A program made the translations under genes and the position numbers. DNA of 29,925 nt from Ginkgo biloba (Eukaryota; Plantae; Ginkgophyta), in the NCBI GenBank assembly GCA_024626585.2, contig JANKJI020000004.1, positions 173,878,275-173,908,199 of the forward strand. Direction: 5' to 3'. Positions 1-12,800 of this stretch are shown here, piece by piece. Each line of letters begins with the position of its first letter. Position 1 is the stretch's first letter. Below the pieces are notes generated by a model. It was given only the letters and a program-made list of their open reading frames with translations. It ran no database searches and was not told the origin of the DNA.

Positions 1-1242
1 CTCTCTTCATCCACCACTGCCTCCCTAATCCATCTCCCCATCTTTTATCATCTCTTTTGTTCTGACTCTTGTTCCTGTTTCTTGTATGTGTTTATCCTTG
101 TCATGCTCCTGTATCTTCTCATCCTCATTTCCATTCCCCTTTGTTCATCATCTCATACATGATTTTTAATAGTCTGACAACTCATCAACTATTCACACTA
201 ATATCCTAGTTTTGTACTTTGTGGTTATTCCATCTCTTCTCCATCATTTCCAACAATCCGTCTTCCATTTAGACTTTGTTTACTTCTTTCAAAGCGACTC
301 AGTCTACCTCCCCATCCTTTACTGAAGTTACCCCAAAGCAAGAATAGGATTCAACAAGGATGAAGACGACCATCATGCTGCAATGTGAATAGTCATGCAA
401 CAATCCACTTGTAGAAAAGGAAAAAAAAAAATCCTTTTAACATTAATTTGAGAAAAATTATTTTCAGAATATTCTAAATCCAAGAATAACATTATATTAA
501 TAAAAAGATTTCCTTACAAAATTATAAAGGTTTTATTCCTATTATAAAGAATAAGCTTGTGGCATAAAGTAAAAAAGTAAGGGTTGTGTAAAGGTTGGTA
601 AAATTGATAATGATGTCATCTTTTGACAAAAATATTATAGGAGAATCCAAAGTAGAAAACACAAAAATGAAGAAGATGATAGCAGAAATTGCTAACGAGT
701 TGATGGAGGATTTCATTAGGAAATTTGGATTGAATTGGCTATTGAACCACACTAGTATTCACACAAGTTCCCCGATTAGTAAATTAATATTCAAAGGCCT
801 CTAGCAGACGAGGATGGGTTTCAATTATATAAATGAATAGCTCAATAATGGAGTCATCTTGGTCGAGAAGAAAAAAGGATATGATTGAAATTTACTGCCA
901 GTGGGAACTTGCCATAGTACCAATGAAGTTGCTCTTTTGTTTTGAAAAGAGAGTAGACTAAGGTGATGATTACATGTAATAGGTCAAAGGTAGGACTGCA
1001 CAAAATGTTAAACACAGAAATGAATGTATCAGGCTTCAACCCTACCTATGTCCAGACTCTTCACAGTCTTTTCCTGTCATGACACTGTGAACTTGTTTTA
1101 TGAGTAGTAGGTTTTGCATGTTAAGTAATTCATGATGTAAAAGAAGCTCCAAAACAATCGTGGGACATTGGATCTGGCAAACACTAATCCCTGGCACAAG
1201 CATTAAGTGCAGGAACCCAAGTATGGAAAATTTGAAGCAAAC

Positions 1243-1582
1243 CTGCAAAAGATGGTGGTGGCTGAAGACAGTGCCAGTAGGGTTACTGGGGTTGATGATA
1301 ACCATTGCCACTGAATTGCTGTCTGCCAATGCTCTCACCTCATCCAAGTCAACTTCCCAATCCCTTTCTGGAATCAAAGGGTAATGCCTAGCTTCAATGC
1401 CATGGTATGCACACATAGCTTCATATATTGGAAATCCTGGTCTTGGCAGCAAAATGTTAGCATGTTCACGAGCCAACACAGATAGAGAGACGTTGATAGC
1501 TTGTGCGCATCCATTTGTTAGGTAAACATCATCCTTACTAAGCTTGAAAGGTAGACCATCACAAAGATACTCTGCAACATCC
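1243..1582 (-). pseudogene. Isolated exon of a tyrosine/nicotianamine aminotransferase (TAT/NAAT/SUR1 clade, PLP-dependent class I) gene
   Basis: Stop-free DVAEYLCDGLPFKLSKDDVYLTNGCAQAI...ILLPRPGFPIYE...WEVDLDEV...IINPSNPTGTVF; AG acceptor at 1584-1583 and CAG|GTTTGC donor at 1242. No intact neighbouring TAT exons are visible. Confidence 0.8.
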
Positions 1583-1600
1583 CTTTTTTATGTGCATAAG

Positions 1601-1977
1601 AATATCATCATCCACGTGATAGAGATGGACCAGGAGGACAGGCACAACTTAATTCTTTAGGCCTTCCTATGCGACAGGGAGAGAAAGAATGTGCTTATTA
1701 TATGCGCACAGGATCTTGTAAATATGGAGTTACTTGCAAATTTCATCACCCACAGCCTACTGCAGTCGGAACATTGCTGCCTGTTTCGGGTTCTCCAATA
1801 TATGCAACTGCTGGATCGCCTTTGCCACCTGCATCAGCAGCACCATATCCAGCCGGACTTCCTTCGTGGCCTTTACCAAGAGCTCCGTATGTTTCTGGTC
1901 CTCGTGTGCAAGGGCCTCCAGCTTACATGCCTGTCATCCTTTCACCTCAACAAGGCTTTCTCTCTGTCCCACCGGGT
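1601..1977 (+). pseudogene. Fragment of a plant multi-CCCH zinc-finger (ZFN/C3H12-like) gene, probably mRNA-derived
   Basis: [29 protein letters not shown] followed by C-x8-C-x5-C-x3-H ([20 protein letters not shown]) and a Pro-rich linker. It starts mid-finger after a TAA at 1597-1599. Similarity ends near VPPG; the ORF runs on to 2019. Confidence 0.82.
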
Positions 1978-3095
1978 GTGCCAATGTACACAGACGACCC
2001 TAGAACTCTGAATTTTTAGACATGAAAATTTTGCTAAGTGTCCCTGTGCCTCCGATTGAGCCAAAAGAAAGATCGATGTGCTCAGGTTGGTGTGATGTGG
2101 GTTGCTCGGGTCAATGCAAGATCAACAGCAAACACTCAGATAGCCAGCGGATGGATGTCCAGAGATAATGAGGGGATNNNNNNNNNNNNNNNNNNNNNNN
2201 NNNNNNNNNNNNNNNNNNNNNNNNNNNNNNNNNNNNNNNNNNNNNNNNNNNNNNNNNNNNNNNNNNNNNNNNNNNNNTCAAAAGTTATATCAGATCTGGT
2301 CTTCTGCTGCATATTAGATTTTGAATTTGAATTTTGTCATGTTTTTGCCATTTTGAAGAGCGCTGGAATGTGCACTCTCAACTTATTGTTGATTGCATGC
2401 GACACAATTATCTCGCGAATGATTGTGTTTGAAGGCATGTTGTTTGACTTTGAATGGAGAAATTTACCTTCGAATAATGAACACGTAATAAATCTCGTGC
2501 ATGTAGCAAGACTAGTGCATCTGGCTAAATGAATACAGACTGGGGTGCTTTGATGATGGCGTTACTGAAGCGTTCTCACAACAGTCATCAATTGCTTGAT
2601 GCGGTGCTTAGTACAATGACAAGCAACAATTTTTTCGCTGGTAGGGTGAATCCCCACTTGGCTTTAATGCGGTGAACGTCGTGTTTGCTCCATGGAAGAG
2701 ATGTCACAAATGGACACGGCTAGTGAGAGGTTTTTTTGGTGGATGATGTGCATTGGGTTGAATTTAAAAAAAATGTTCCAGATTCGAGAGGCCAACCAAA
2801 ACATCTCAAAAGTGGACAAATTTTTTTATGTCAAGCTCTCTAAGAAAGAGTGATGGTTGCAGCCGAATGTTGAGAACAATGTGAATGGGAAATGGAAGAA
2901 GACAAGGTATTGATCAGGAATGGAGGGTGACGAGTGCAAAGGTAAATCAATGATGTTGATATAGTGAAAGGTATATTTTCTCTCTCTATAAACTATCTTA
3001 ATGCATACGAACATGAGTTTATCATTTTGATAGATTATTGAATCTTGGTGTTTAACTTGTCTACTTTATCATCCATATTATGGGTTTAATATTTT

Positions 3096-3396
3096 AAGAG
3101 GGGGATGTCATGGTTTATATGCATATCTTAAAAGACTCAATAATGTAAATCCACAGAATTATGCATCCAAGAAAAACATGCCTTCTGATAAGGTAGTCTG
3201 CTTCATTGATAGATTATATTGGAGAGCATTATGAGCCTATAAACCATGACCTCCTCATGTAATTCGCTATGGTTAAATATTTATGATGGAGCAATGATGC
3301 CTTGGTCATTCCCAAAACGTGAATTATGGTTCTTCTTAAATACTAGGAACCCCTAGTTCTTCCTCCTTCCACCTAAATTCCCCAGACTACCTTCAC
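3096..3396 (+). mobile_element. Possible polypurine tract and start of a 3' LTR
   Basis: aagaggggga (3096-3105) immediately followed by TGTCATGG; runs into a gap. Confidence 0.4.
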
Positions 3397-3789
3397 NNNN
3401 NNNNNNNNNNNNNNNNNNNNNNNNNNNNNNNNNNNNNNNNNNNNNNNNNNNNNNNNNNNNNNNNNNNNNNNNNNNNNNNNNNNNNNNNNNNNNNNNGAAA
3501 TGATACTTATTAGGAGGTCCTGTAAGCAAACATTTCAATAAAATCATCTGCCTTTTAAGTAAAAGGATGTGGATTACAATGTGACTTGTATCATCATATT
3601 TTTCTAGAATTGTTTCTTGGGAATGCTAGAGTAAAACTAAATACAAAGTAAAATTATGTATACTTAATATTATATTTTTGCGCTGAAGTCTCCATCTATA
3701 TACTTTGTTCCATTGACATTGTTGTTTAATCCATATCACTAATCTGGGTGTTTAATATTTCTGTTTCTTTTTGTTCTAAATGGATGCAG

Positions 3790-3868
3790 TGTAGAGCATT
3801 CCGAACATTTATCTGAGCTTCTTAATGAGTGGGAGATTCCTCACAATGTTTTGAATGCCCGACCAAAG
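3790..3868 (+). CDS. SECA2: SecA2 exon (S)[26 protein letters not shown]
   Basis: gcag acceptor ending 3789, gtatgt donor at 3869; 79 nt (1 nt + 26 codons); SecA HNVLNA motif. Confidence 0.93.
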
Positions 3869-6800
3869 GTATGTTTAATGGTCCAGCACATTACAAAGTC
3901 TTGGGTGATTTTATTCTCTATTTAGCTAGTAGCTTTGTTGTTAATCTTCCAATTGTAATCACCTAAATTTTGTTTATGGTCTGTACCGAGCTTCCTAACA
4001 GTATGCAGCAAGGGAGGCACAAATTATTGCCCAGGCAGGAAGGAAGCACGCCATTACAATAGCAACCAATATGGCTGGTAGAGGGACTGACATAATCCTA
4101 GGCGGGAATCATGAGGCATGTAAAAGAGAATAGTTTTGATGTTGGTGTCTCTTGCTTGGTTTTGCTTATTAGGGAGATTTTTGGAAATAGCTGTTTAGAG
4201 GAGTTAGACATGTCAAGGAGTTCATGGGATGAGGAATATAGGGTTCTGTTGTGCTTGTGATTTATTCCAAGACTCTAAAAGGAGTTTTTGTCAATTTGGA
4301 TAAACAGCTTAGAACTCATTATCAAAAATTTCTCTATGGACTGTTTCCGCAGAATTTCCTGTGTTGATTTGCTTAATGTTTACTTTTAGCTTGACAATCG
4401 TAATTATTAAATGCAGATGCTTGCGGAAGAGATCATTGAAGACAGTTTGCTATGTTTCATGACAACAGAAGCTCCAAATGTAGAAACGGATGGTGCACCT
4501 CTATCACAATTGGCAAGTGCACATTCCTTTAAAGAGAGGAATTTTTCAGTTACAGAACTGTTCAGTAGTAAAAAACAAGGATTATCATCTAATTGATTGG
4601 GACTGAGTTGTTCTGTTTAGGGCCTGTCAAAGATAAAGCCAAGTCCATCATCGCTAGCCGCACTTGCAAAGGCGGCAATTACAGGTCGATTATTTATATA
4701 GTACACTTGCTAATTGATTGCATGCCTTTCTTTAATCTGGAGGCTGTTTAGTTCTTGTAAAGTTCTACAGCACCACACTTGTGAAATAGAGCATCTTTTG
4801 ACTGTTTTGACCACTATAAATGAACAGTCAAACATTCTTGCAANNNNNNNNNNNNNNNNNNNNNNNNNNNNNNNNNNNNNNNNNNNNNNNNNNNNNNNNN
4901 NNNNNNNNNNNNNNNNNNNNNNNNNNNNNNNNNNNNNNNNNNNNNNNNNNNNNNNNNNNNNNNNNNNNNNNNNNNNNNNNNNNNNNNNNNNNNNNNNNNN
5001 NNNNNNNNNNNNNNNNNNNNNNNNNNNNNNNNNNNNNNNNNNNNNNNNNNNNNNNNNNNNNNNNNNNNNNNNNNNNNNNNNNNNNNNNNNNNNNNNNNNN
5101 NNNNNNNNNNNNNNCAGGTATTACATTTTTTGTCATGGGTTCTCTTCTTCCAATTCATTATTCTAAATTTTAAATGTATATTTGGGTTGGTTGGCTGAGT
5201 TTCTTGAAGATGCCTGAAAAAATTCATGCACCCTAGAAGCATTGTTTCAAATCACAAAAGAAAAATGTTGATAATCCTGTCTTTTAGTTTTCACATAGAA
5301 CAGTTATTTAGTGCAAAACGCTTTGTATTGCCTTGCCGGGTGCTTTGCTTCAGTTCTTTGCCCTATATGAAAAGTAAATATTAGAGTTGAAGAAATTCTC
5401 TTTTGGTTTGTCTATATACAATTTAAAGCTTTTAGTTGGATCTAAAATGCCAAGATAGGAGATTCAGTTGACTTGGTCTTGAGAAAGTCAAAACTTGTTG
5501 GGTGTTTTTCTCTCTAATGAAATCTCCTCGATTTCTTTATTAGTTTTGTTAATGGGGATACTCTTTTGGAAAAAGTTTAACACAAGCAGTTTATAGCAGA
5601 ATGTCCAAACTAATAGAAGCTCCTGGCTTAATGTACATGTAGTGGCGATTCCTTTACACATTTGGTTTTCTTAGGAAAACCCTTGATTGTAACTATATGT
5701 GGCATGTAATCTACTTATGAAGTCATACTTAGAGAGTTTTGTGTATAATTGCTTTCCTCTTGAGCTTTCTGGAATCTTCTCAAGTGATTTAATTATTATT
5801 CTTTTTTTTTTCACTAAAGAATGATAACGTAATCTAGAAAGGCAACTAGAAAATCCCATAAATCTAAACACATTGCTCATATTAGTCTCGAGAAGGATGT
5901 AGGAGCATTTGTTAAGCCAAAAGACATCACTAAAAACTTGTATGGTCCATACCTTGTAGTGAATGCTGCTAGGGATTTATGTATCACCATAGACTAAACA
6001 TCGCTGGCGCTGACAGGTTTCCAGAAAGATGGTACAGCTTGTTGCTCTGACCAACAGGCCTGTAGCTGAAGTCCTAGAGAGACTGTTCATACTGAAATAA
6101 ACAGAAATTAACTTTATCATAGAGCATCGCAGACATGAGAAGTATAAGACAAAATAGAGATTTTATTAATCAGAGGAGAATGTTGTGCATAGATGTTGGT
6201 TTCAACCCTTTACAACTTCCAATAAATAGATTACAAAATGCCTTTTCATTAGGTGATCATGGCTTTTGGTAACTATTGCTGCTATTAGTTACATGTAATA
6301 TCAACTAATCTACTTATGATTAGCACTAAATGTTGCGACCAAAACACCCCGATGTGCGTGTCCATTCTGTCTGAGATGACCATCTGTTGTTGTGACCATC
6401 CANNNNNNNNNNNNNNNNNNNNNNNNNNNNNNNNNNNNNNNNNNNNNNNNNNNNNNNNNNNNNNNNNNNNNNNNNNNNNNNNNNNNNNNNNNNNNNNNNN
6501 NNTGTTACATCTATAAGTAAAGGCAGTCAATCATAATCTCCATTCGTAGAAAGAGATATGTTTAGTGAACAACAACAAAATGTTTCGTCTTCGTAAATTA
6601 ACAAAACACCGACATGAAGTCATAATGGAAGACTATGTGCTTGACTTACAACATGTGAGATGTTGTAAGAAAATATCATAAGCACTGACCTTTCGTATTA
6701 GGATATTTATTGTAGAGCACAAAACCAAGCAGAATAGAGGTAAAGCAATCTCATATGAATCACCTCTTTTTAATAATTGTCGTACTTCCTTCTAAGACCA

Positions 6801-9800
6801 ATTTAGCAAAGGGTGGCATAGCAAGATTATTGCTAAGGGTATACTTAGATTTTTAGGCATGATAAACGTACACGGAAAAAAAATGCATTTAACAAGGTCT
6901 AGCCTCTATATTTTCCTATGACAATCAACGAAGGAAAAATCCATGTACAATTCAACATTGTGACCCATAACCAATCTAATGATCATGTTAGAAGCCTTTC
7001 AAACATGGTCAAAGGGATTGGAAAGCCACCTATTAGGGAAACTAGCGAAGACAAGCTCTTAGGCACTTTAAATAAGCCTTCTAGAGGTTGGTTGTCTCTG
7101 TCTGCAAAGAACAACACCAAGAAGGAGCTTAATTTTGAAAATTGCATGCTAATCCTCAAGCTTCTAGTAGACTTGGATGGTGGGACCCTCAAGAGGCCAA
7201 AAATAGCCCAAAGAGGGGCAAGAGACTACCTCAACGTAGTGCCCTTCTCTTAAGTACAGATATCCCTTAACTTAAGGTGCTTAGGCCAAAAACAATATTG
7301 CATTGTCAACGGACCTTAGAAGTCAGCCCGGCAACACAAGCACATAAGGGGGTTAGAGGTAGTCATCTACCCTCATCAGTTTCTCATTGGCTATGTCCAT
7401 TTTCCACTTAGGTAGAAGGCTAAAAGGTCGATTTTTGCATTCTGCATGCTTAATAGTGCACTAGCAAGGTGCATTTATTGCTTAGACTAGACCGAAGGTT
7501 AATCTTTGATTCCTATCTACTTTCGTGAGGCTTCTTTAGTAGACGAACTCAGAATTGTTGTCCCTCCTTGAGGTTAAACCTTATTTTAGGGTTTGTGGGC
7601 ATGTCACATGCAATTCACTACAATTTGCTTTATAATCATCTATGCTTCATTTTTTCCAATAGGACACATTACTTCCTGCAGGTCAGGTTCACTTTTGGTC
7701 TAGTTCGTACTTGTACTTGTAGGTTGGACTTCAACAAACAACTTTAGCCACAAGGTGACTTGATACAAAATGGCTTTCAACCTCTATTCAGGGTACAACA
7801 CCCCAAGTGTTATACCATTTCAGAATTCTTTTAGTGCGCCACACCTAAATATACCACACTAAATTCGAAAAGAGGGTTCCACTCTAAACCATTGGTCATT
7901 AAATGACCTCCAATTTGCTCAAAGATTGAAAATAGGGTTTCTCTTGCAAGGCCACTTCCTTTCTACTCAAGCAATTTCATTCACAAGCATCAAAATGCAA
8001 GGGTACTTCCTTTCTCCTCACCATCCTCTTGGAAGGCTACTTCCTTTTTGCTCAAGCAATTTCACTCTCAAGCCTCAAAATGCAATTTGGCGCCCTTCTA
8101 AGCTTCCTATTACTATGACAAAGTGGAAAAAAAGCTACTTCTTGTACGTTGCAATTATGAAAAATGAGAAGGAAAAGTGTCACTAGAACTTTCTTCTTGT
8201 GGTGATCCTACATCCTCCTATTATGGGGTTTGGGTTGTTTCCGCACCTTTATTTCAATGGTCTCTAGAAATGGTGTTATACTCCATTGTCAATAAAAAAA
8301 TGGAGCCCCTTTTTTGATGCAAGGAGGGAACGAACAAATAGTCTTCTATTGTGGGTTAAGTTACTAGGTCTTCCACTGGATTTTTATTAAATTAAAGTTT
8401 TTAAGAAAATTGAAAACTCNNNNNNNNNNNNNNNNNNNNNNNNNNNNNNNNNNNNNNNNNNNNNNNNNNNNNNNNNNNNNNNNNNNNNNNNNNNNNNNNN
8501 NNNNNNNNNNNNNNNNNNNATGCGGACCAACGTAAGATACCGAGGAGTTTTGAAGTAGGAGATATGGTGTACCTTTGAGTTAAGCGCAATAGCTCATTTT
8601 CAACAGGGCGATGCATCAATTCATCACTTGAGTGTTGTGGACCTTTCCAAATGCGCATGCATGCAACCTTGAATCTTGCCACAAAAATAACTTTCCAAAA
8701 ATAGAAAGTTTTTCCAAAATAACAAGTTTTTTAAAAATAGAATTTTTTCTCAAAATTGAAAATTTTTCAAAAATAGAAATTTTTTCTCAATTATGAAAAT
8801 TTTTCCCATATATAAAAAATTGCTAGAAAATAGGAAATTTGCTGAAATGACTCTTGATGACAATTTTTAACAAATTTTATAAAGAAGAGATTCAATATGT
8901 AGGTCAGATTGTATCCACTAAGGGGATAGTGGTAGACCCTAAGAAAAGCAACGTAGTTTTGAGAATGGGAAACACTAATAAGCATAAATGAAGTTAAGTT
9001 TCCTTAGACTAACTAGCTTGTATAGAAGATTTGTGCTTAACTTCTCCAAACTAGCAACCCCACTTACAAAATTACTAAGGAAATCTAGAAAATTCAAGTG
9101 AACAGACAAATGCCTGTTTAGATCGTTGCAAATTCACTAAGCTGCTGTCTGCCACATTTCAACTGGGTGGTTGATTGCACTCCTTCTAAGCTAACTTTTC
9201 TGGGCTTTGCCACATGTCACCTGCACGTCTTCTGATGCTTTATAAAGCCTTTTAGAATAGGCGACCAGTCTTCCACAGTTATATTCTGTTTGGCTTTTCT
9301 GGCAGGGCTCTTTTTAGCCAATAAATAGGTCCTTGTCTGGCTTGTAACAATATAGGTGCAGCTCTGTTACTTGTGTTTGGTAGTCTGTTTGTTTTGTCAT
9401 GCTTAGTGCATTCTAAATCTCCCTCAGTAATCACCGCAGTGTTCTGGAGCGCTTCTGGTTTCCATCCCTCCAAAGCTCAGGTTACAATTTTTTGGCTAAG
9501 AATAATCATTTTTTTCTAGGGAACCATGTTACCATTTGTAGATTATTGAAGTCATTGATTTACCATAAAATACATGAGAAATTGCCATCTAAAATGCTCT
9601 TGTTGACTAGGGTATCATGTAACCCTCTCCCTAAGACCCACTAAAGGGGAAGAATTTCTTATGCATTCCAATAATGTAGAAGAAGTGGCAATAGATGATT
9701 GGATTCTTGACACAGGAGTGAGTCAACACATCACTTACAGAAGAGACTTGTTCTAGACCTTTCAAGAATCAAATTCTAGTTCAATTTCATTGGTAGATAA

Positions 9801-12800
9801 TTCCTTGCATGAAGTATTGGGATCTGGACATATCAAAGTCAATTTTTCAATAGGAGTAGAAGNNNNNNNNNNNNNNNNNNNNNNNNNNNNNNNNNNNNNN
9901 NNNNNNNNNNNNNNNNNNNNNNNNNNNNNNNNNNNNNNNNNNNNNNNNNNNNNNNNNNNNNNNNNNNNNNNNNNNNNNNNNNNNNNNNNNNNNNNNNNNN
10001 NNNNNNNNNNNNNNNNNNNNNNNNNNNNNNNNNNNNNNNNNNNNNNNNNNNNNNNNNNNNNNNNNNNNNNNNNNNNNNNNNNNNNNNNNNNNNNNNNNNA
10101 GAAATATTATTTACATGATGTAAAATTTCCAGTATTAATGAATTTTCAATGAAGTTATATCGCGTGGATTTGAAAATAGTATTTACATTAATGGACATTT
10201 CATTACAAGACATATCAGTGGAGGTTTCTGTAAAGTTTCATCTTTTAGATTTGAAAGTATCATTTATGTATGAAAATATCCAGTTCCCTTCAAGTAGCCC
10301 GAGAATTCGATGTTTATCTCAGTGATTCAATGCAGCAAGAAGCAGCTAATGAGTGAGCTTCATAATAGGACTTGAAGAAATACTATTTAGCAATTTAAGA
10401 ATCAGACTTGAATGGGCCAATTATTTGGAATGTCCATCATTACGTTTTCAGTTGAATAGAGGAGAAAGTAAAGAGAGAGATGCCTTCTGGAGAGTAGGAT
10501 TGGGGCTTCAAGTGGGAGGAAGAAGTACCTCCAATCTTGTTTCATAGCTATTAATGTGTTATGTTGTTTTTCTTTTGTTGACTTGACAACATCAGTCTGT
10601 GCCTTCGAATAGTTTTAGCTTTATTCTATATAATCGTTTGTGTTATATAAGTGAGATGCATGGAGCAAAAGAAGACTAGTTAGAGTTGACAAGACCATTT
10701 TGCTATTGTTGCAGCTTCGTGGAAGAGCAGGCAGACAAGGAGATCCTGGATCCACAAGGTTTATGGTGAGGTATTGTGTCACTGTTTCTGGCATGTAAAA
10801 CTTTTATTCAGTAAACTTACTCCCTAATCATGAAAATGGTTATTTGATGAGATATACACAGATATCTATATAAAATCCATTTTCTAACAAATATTTGTGA
10901 TCATTATTTCTTGGTTTAGATCTCTTGTATCAAAAGTTCGTCATTTCCAACAAAAAGGTTATCTTGTACAGTAAAACACATTTTTTAACAAAAATGCGAC
11001 CTTGCACAAGCTAATGTTCTAAGAGCTGATGAATGGAACAGCTCGACCATCTGTACTTCCAAACAACTGTGCTCAACATCATTCATTAAAGCATTAGTGT
11101 TTATACCATGATCATATACATACCAAAGCTACACAAAGAGGGCTGCTAGTCTATGGGAAAGTGGCACAAGGGTACAACTTAGGCTAAATCTTATTGCATT
11201 GGCAGCATGGCTAACAACTACCGCTTCTCTACTACACTCCAGCCCTTCACCCGACATCAATAATAGTGAAAGGCCGTTGGTATCATTTCAACCACTCTTT
11301 TGCTCCTCGAGTCCTAAGAAACCTCTGCTCTTAGTGAGCACCATTTATTTATATTAATTCTGATGCTTGAGCTTCTCGTATCCTTTCAAACCCATTTATA
11401 TAAATATGGGGTACTGTTGGCTCAGAGTTTTGTGGTCTCCTTTCAACTTGATAGGCACCCATAAAGCTTGGGTATATTTCAAGTCGTATGGCTAATGGTT
11501 CAATGGGTATCCTTTCAAATTGATAGCCATACATATTACTGAGTATGTTTTCAACCGTTTTCACTAGCTTACAAATAACAGCCCCCAATGGACATCCACT
11601 ACACCTTATGCTATCCTATGGTTAGGACGTAGGATTTGATAGAGGATAGGACAAAAAAATCAACAAGCATGCATTAGGAAAAGGTTCCTAAGTCGAATAG
11701 CATCGAGTCCAAATATATTTAGCCATAAACCAATAGAAAACCTATTAGAAAACTTCTAGAGAGTGATGCCCTATCCTAAGCATTCTTTCGATGCATTTTG
11801 TTATAAGAAATAAATCATTGCAGCCAAAAGAATGCCTCAACAATTAGGATTCCACAAGTACTTACAATTTTAGGGTTGATTTACCTGGTGAAACCCTCAA
11901 ATAATGAAACATCCTTGAATGCAATCGGTTTGAATTTTTCAGAAATGATTTTGCAATCACAATCCTTTAGAAATCGGTCAAACTATGTCAAAATGATCTC
12001 CTAAGAAGAGCGCTCCAATCGAGATAGGTTTGCATCATTGCTCTCGTGTTCCTTAAGGTCTCTAGGATTGCAATTATGCAAAAAACTAGTGTGAAAGTGA
12101 GACATCTAACTAGGAAGTACTTAGGTAGACATCTAAGTAATCCACTAAACAAATGAGGAATGTGTAGATTCTAGAGTACGATGGTTGGAGTGTGCGTTCT
12201 TTTTTTCAAGCTTGGGTGAGATCTATAGAGACATTCTTTGAATCTTCTAAGATTATGGAGGAGCACAAAGATCCCATAGTGATTTTTGCACTTAAGGGAC
12301 CTACAAAGGAATGGTGGAATGGTGTTTTGACAGAAACAAATGTTGGTATGAGGCTAAATATTTTCTCATGGGAAGAAATGAAGGAGATTATGCTAAAGAA
12401 GTATGCACCATTGAATGATTTATAGGAGGCTTGCAATCAACTGATACTTCTATCAAGCAAACATGTACAATACAAGAGTATAGCAATAAATTTGACCTAC
12501 TGATTGCTAGATTGACTATATTGGACATGACTTTTAGAGTGTACAACTTTCTATGTGGTTTGAAGCCTCATATTAAGCAAATCATAGCGGTGACCAAGCC
12601 TCAGACTATGGAAGAAGCATCTGATATTGCATTATNNNNNNNNNNNNNNAGTTAGTTGGAGTTACCAAAGAAACCATTCTAGGACAAGAAGGACTCTTCA
12701 TCTTCCAAGAACCATTTCTTCAAGCAAGGTGGCATGTTCTTCAACAAAAAGCAAATAGCTTTCCCAACACAGGACAAAGGAAAGTGAAGGGTTGGGGAAA

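Noticed and set aside
522-804. Hydrophobic 76-aa ORF (-) and overlapping 69-aa ORF (+) as organellar insert or small protein
   Set aside because: No recognisable motif; expected from AT-rich composition
1013-1073. Next TAT exon (cag|EKTVKSLDI, faintly like ETAxKLGI)
   Set aside because: Lacks the IADEVY motif and reaches a stop quickly; at best a decayed stub, so no intact nested TAT gene was called
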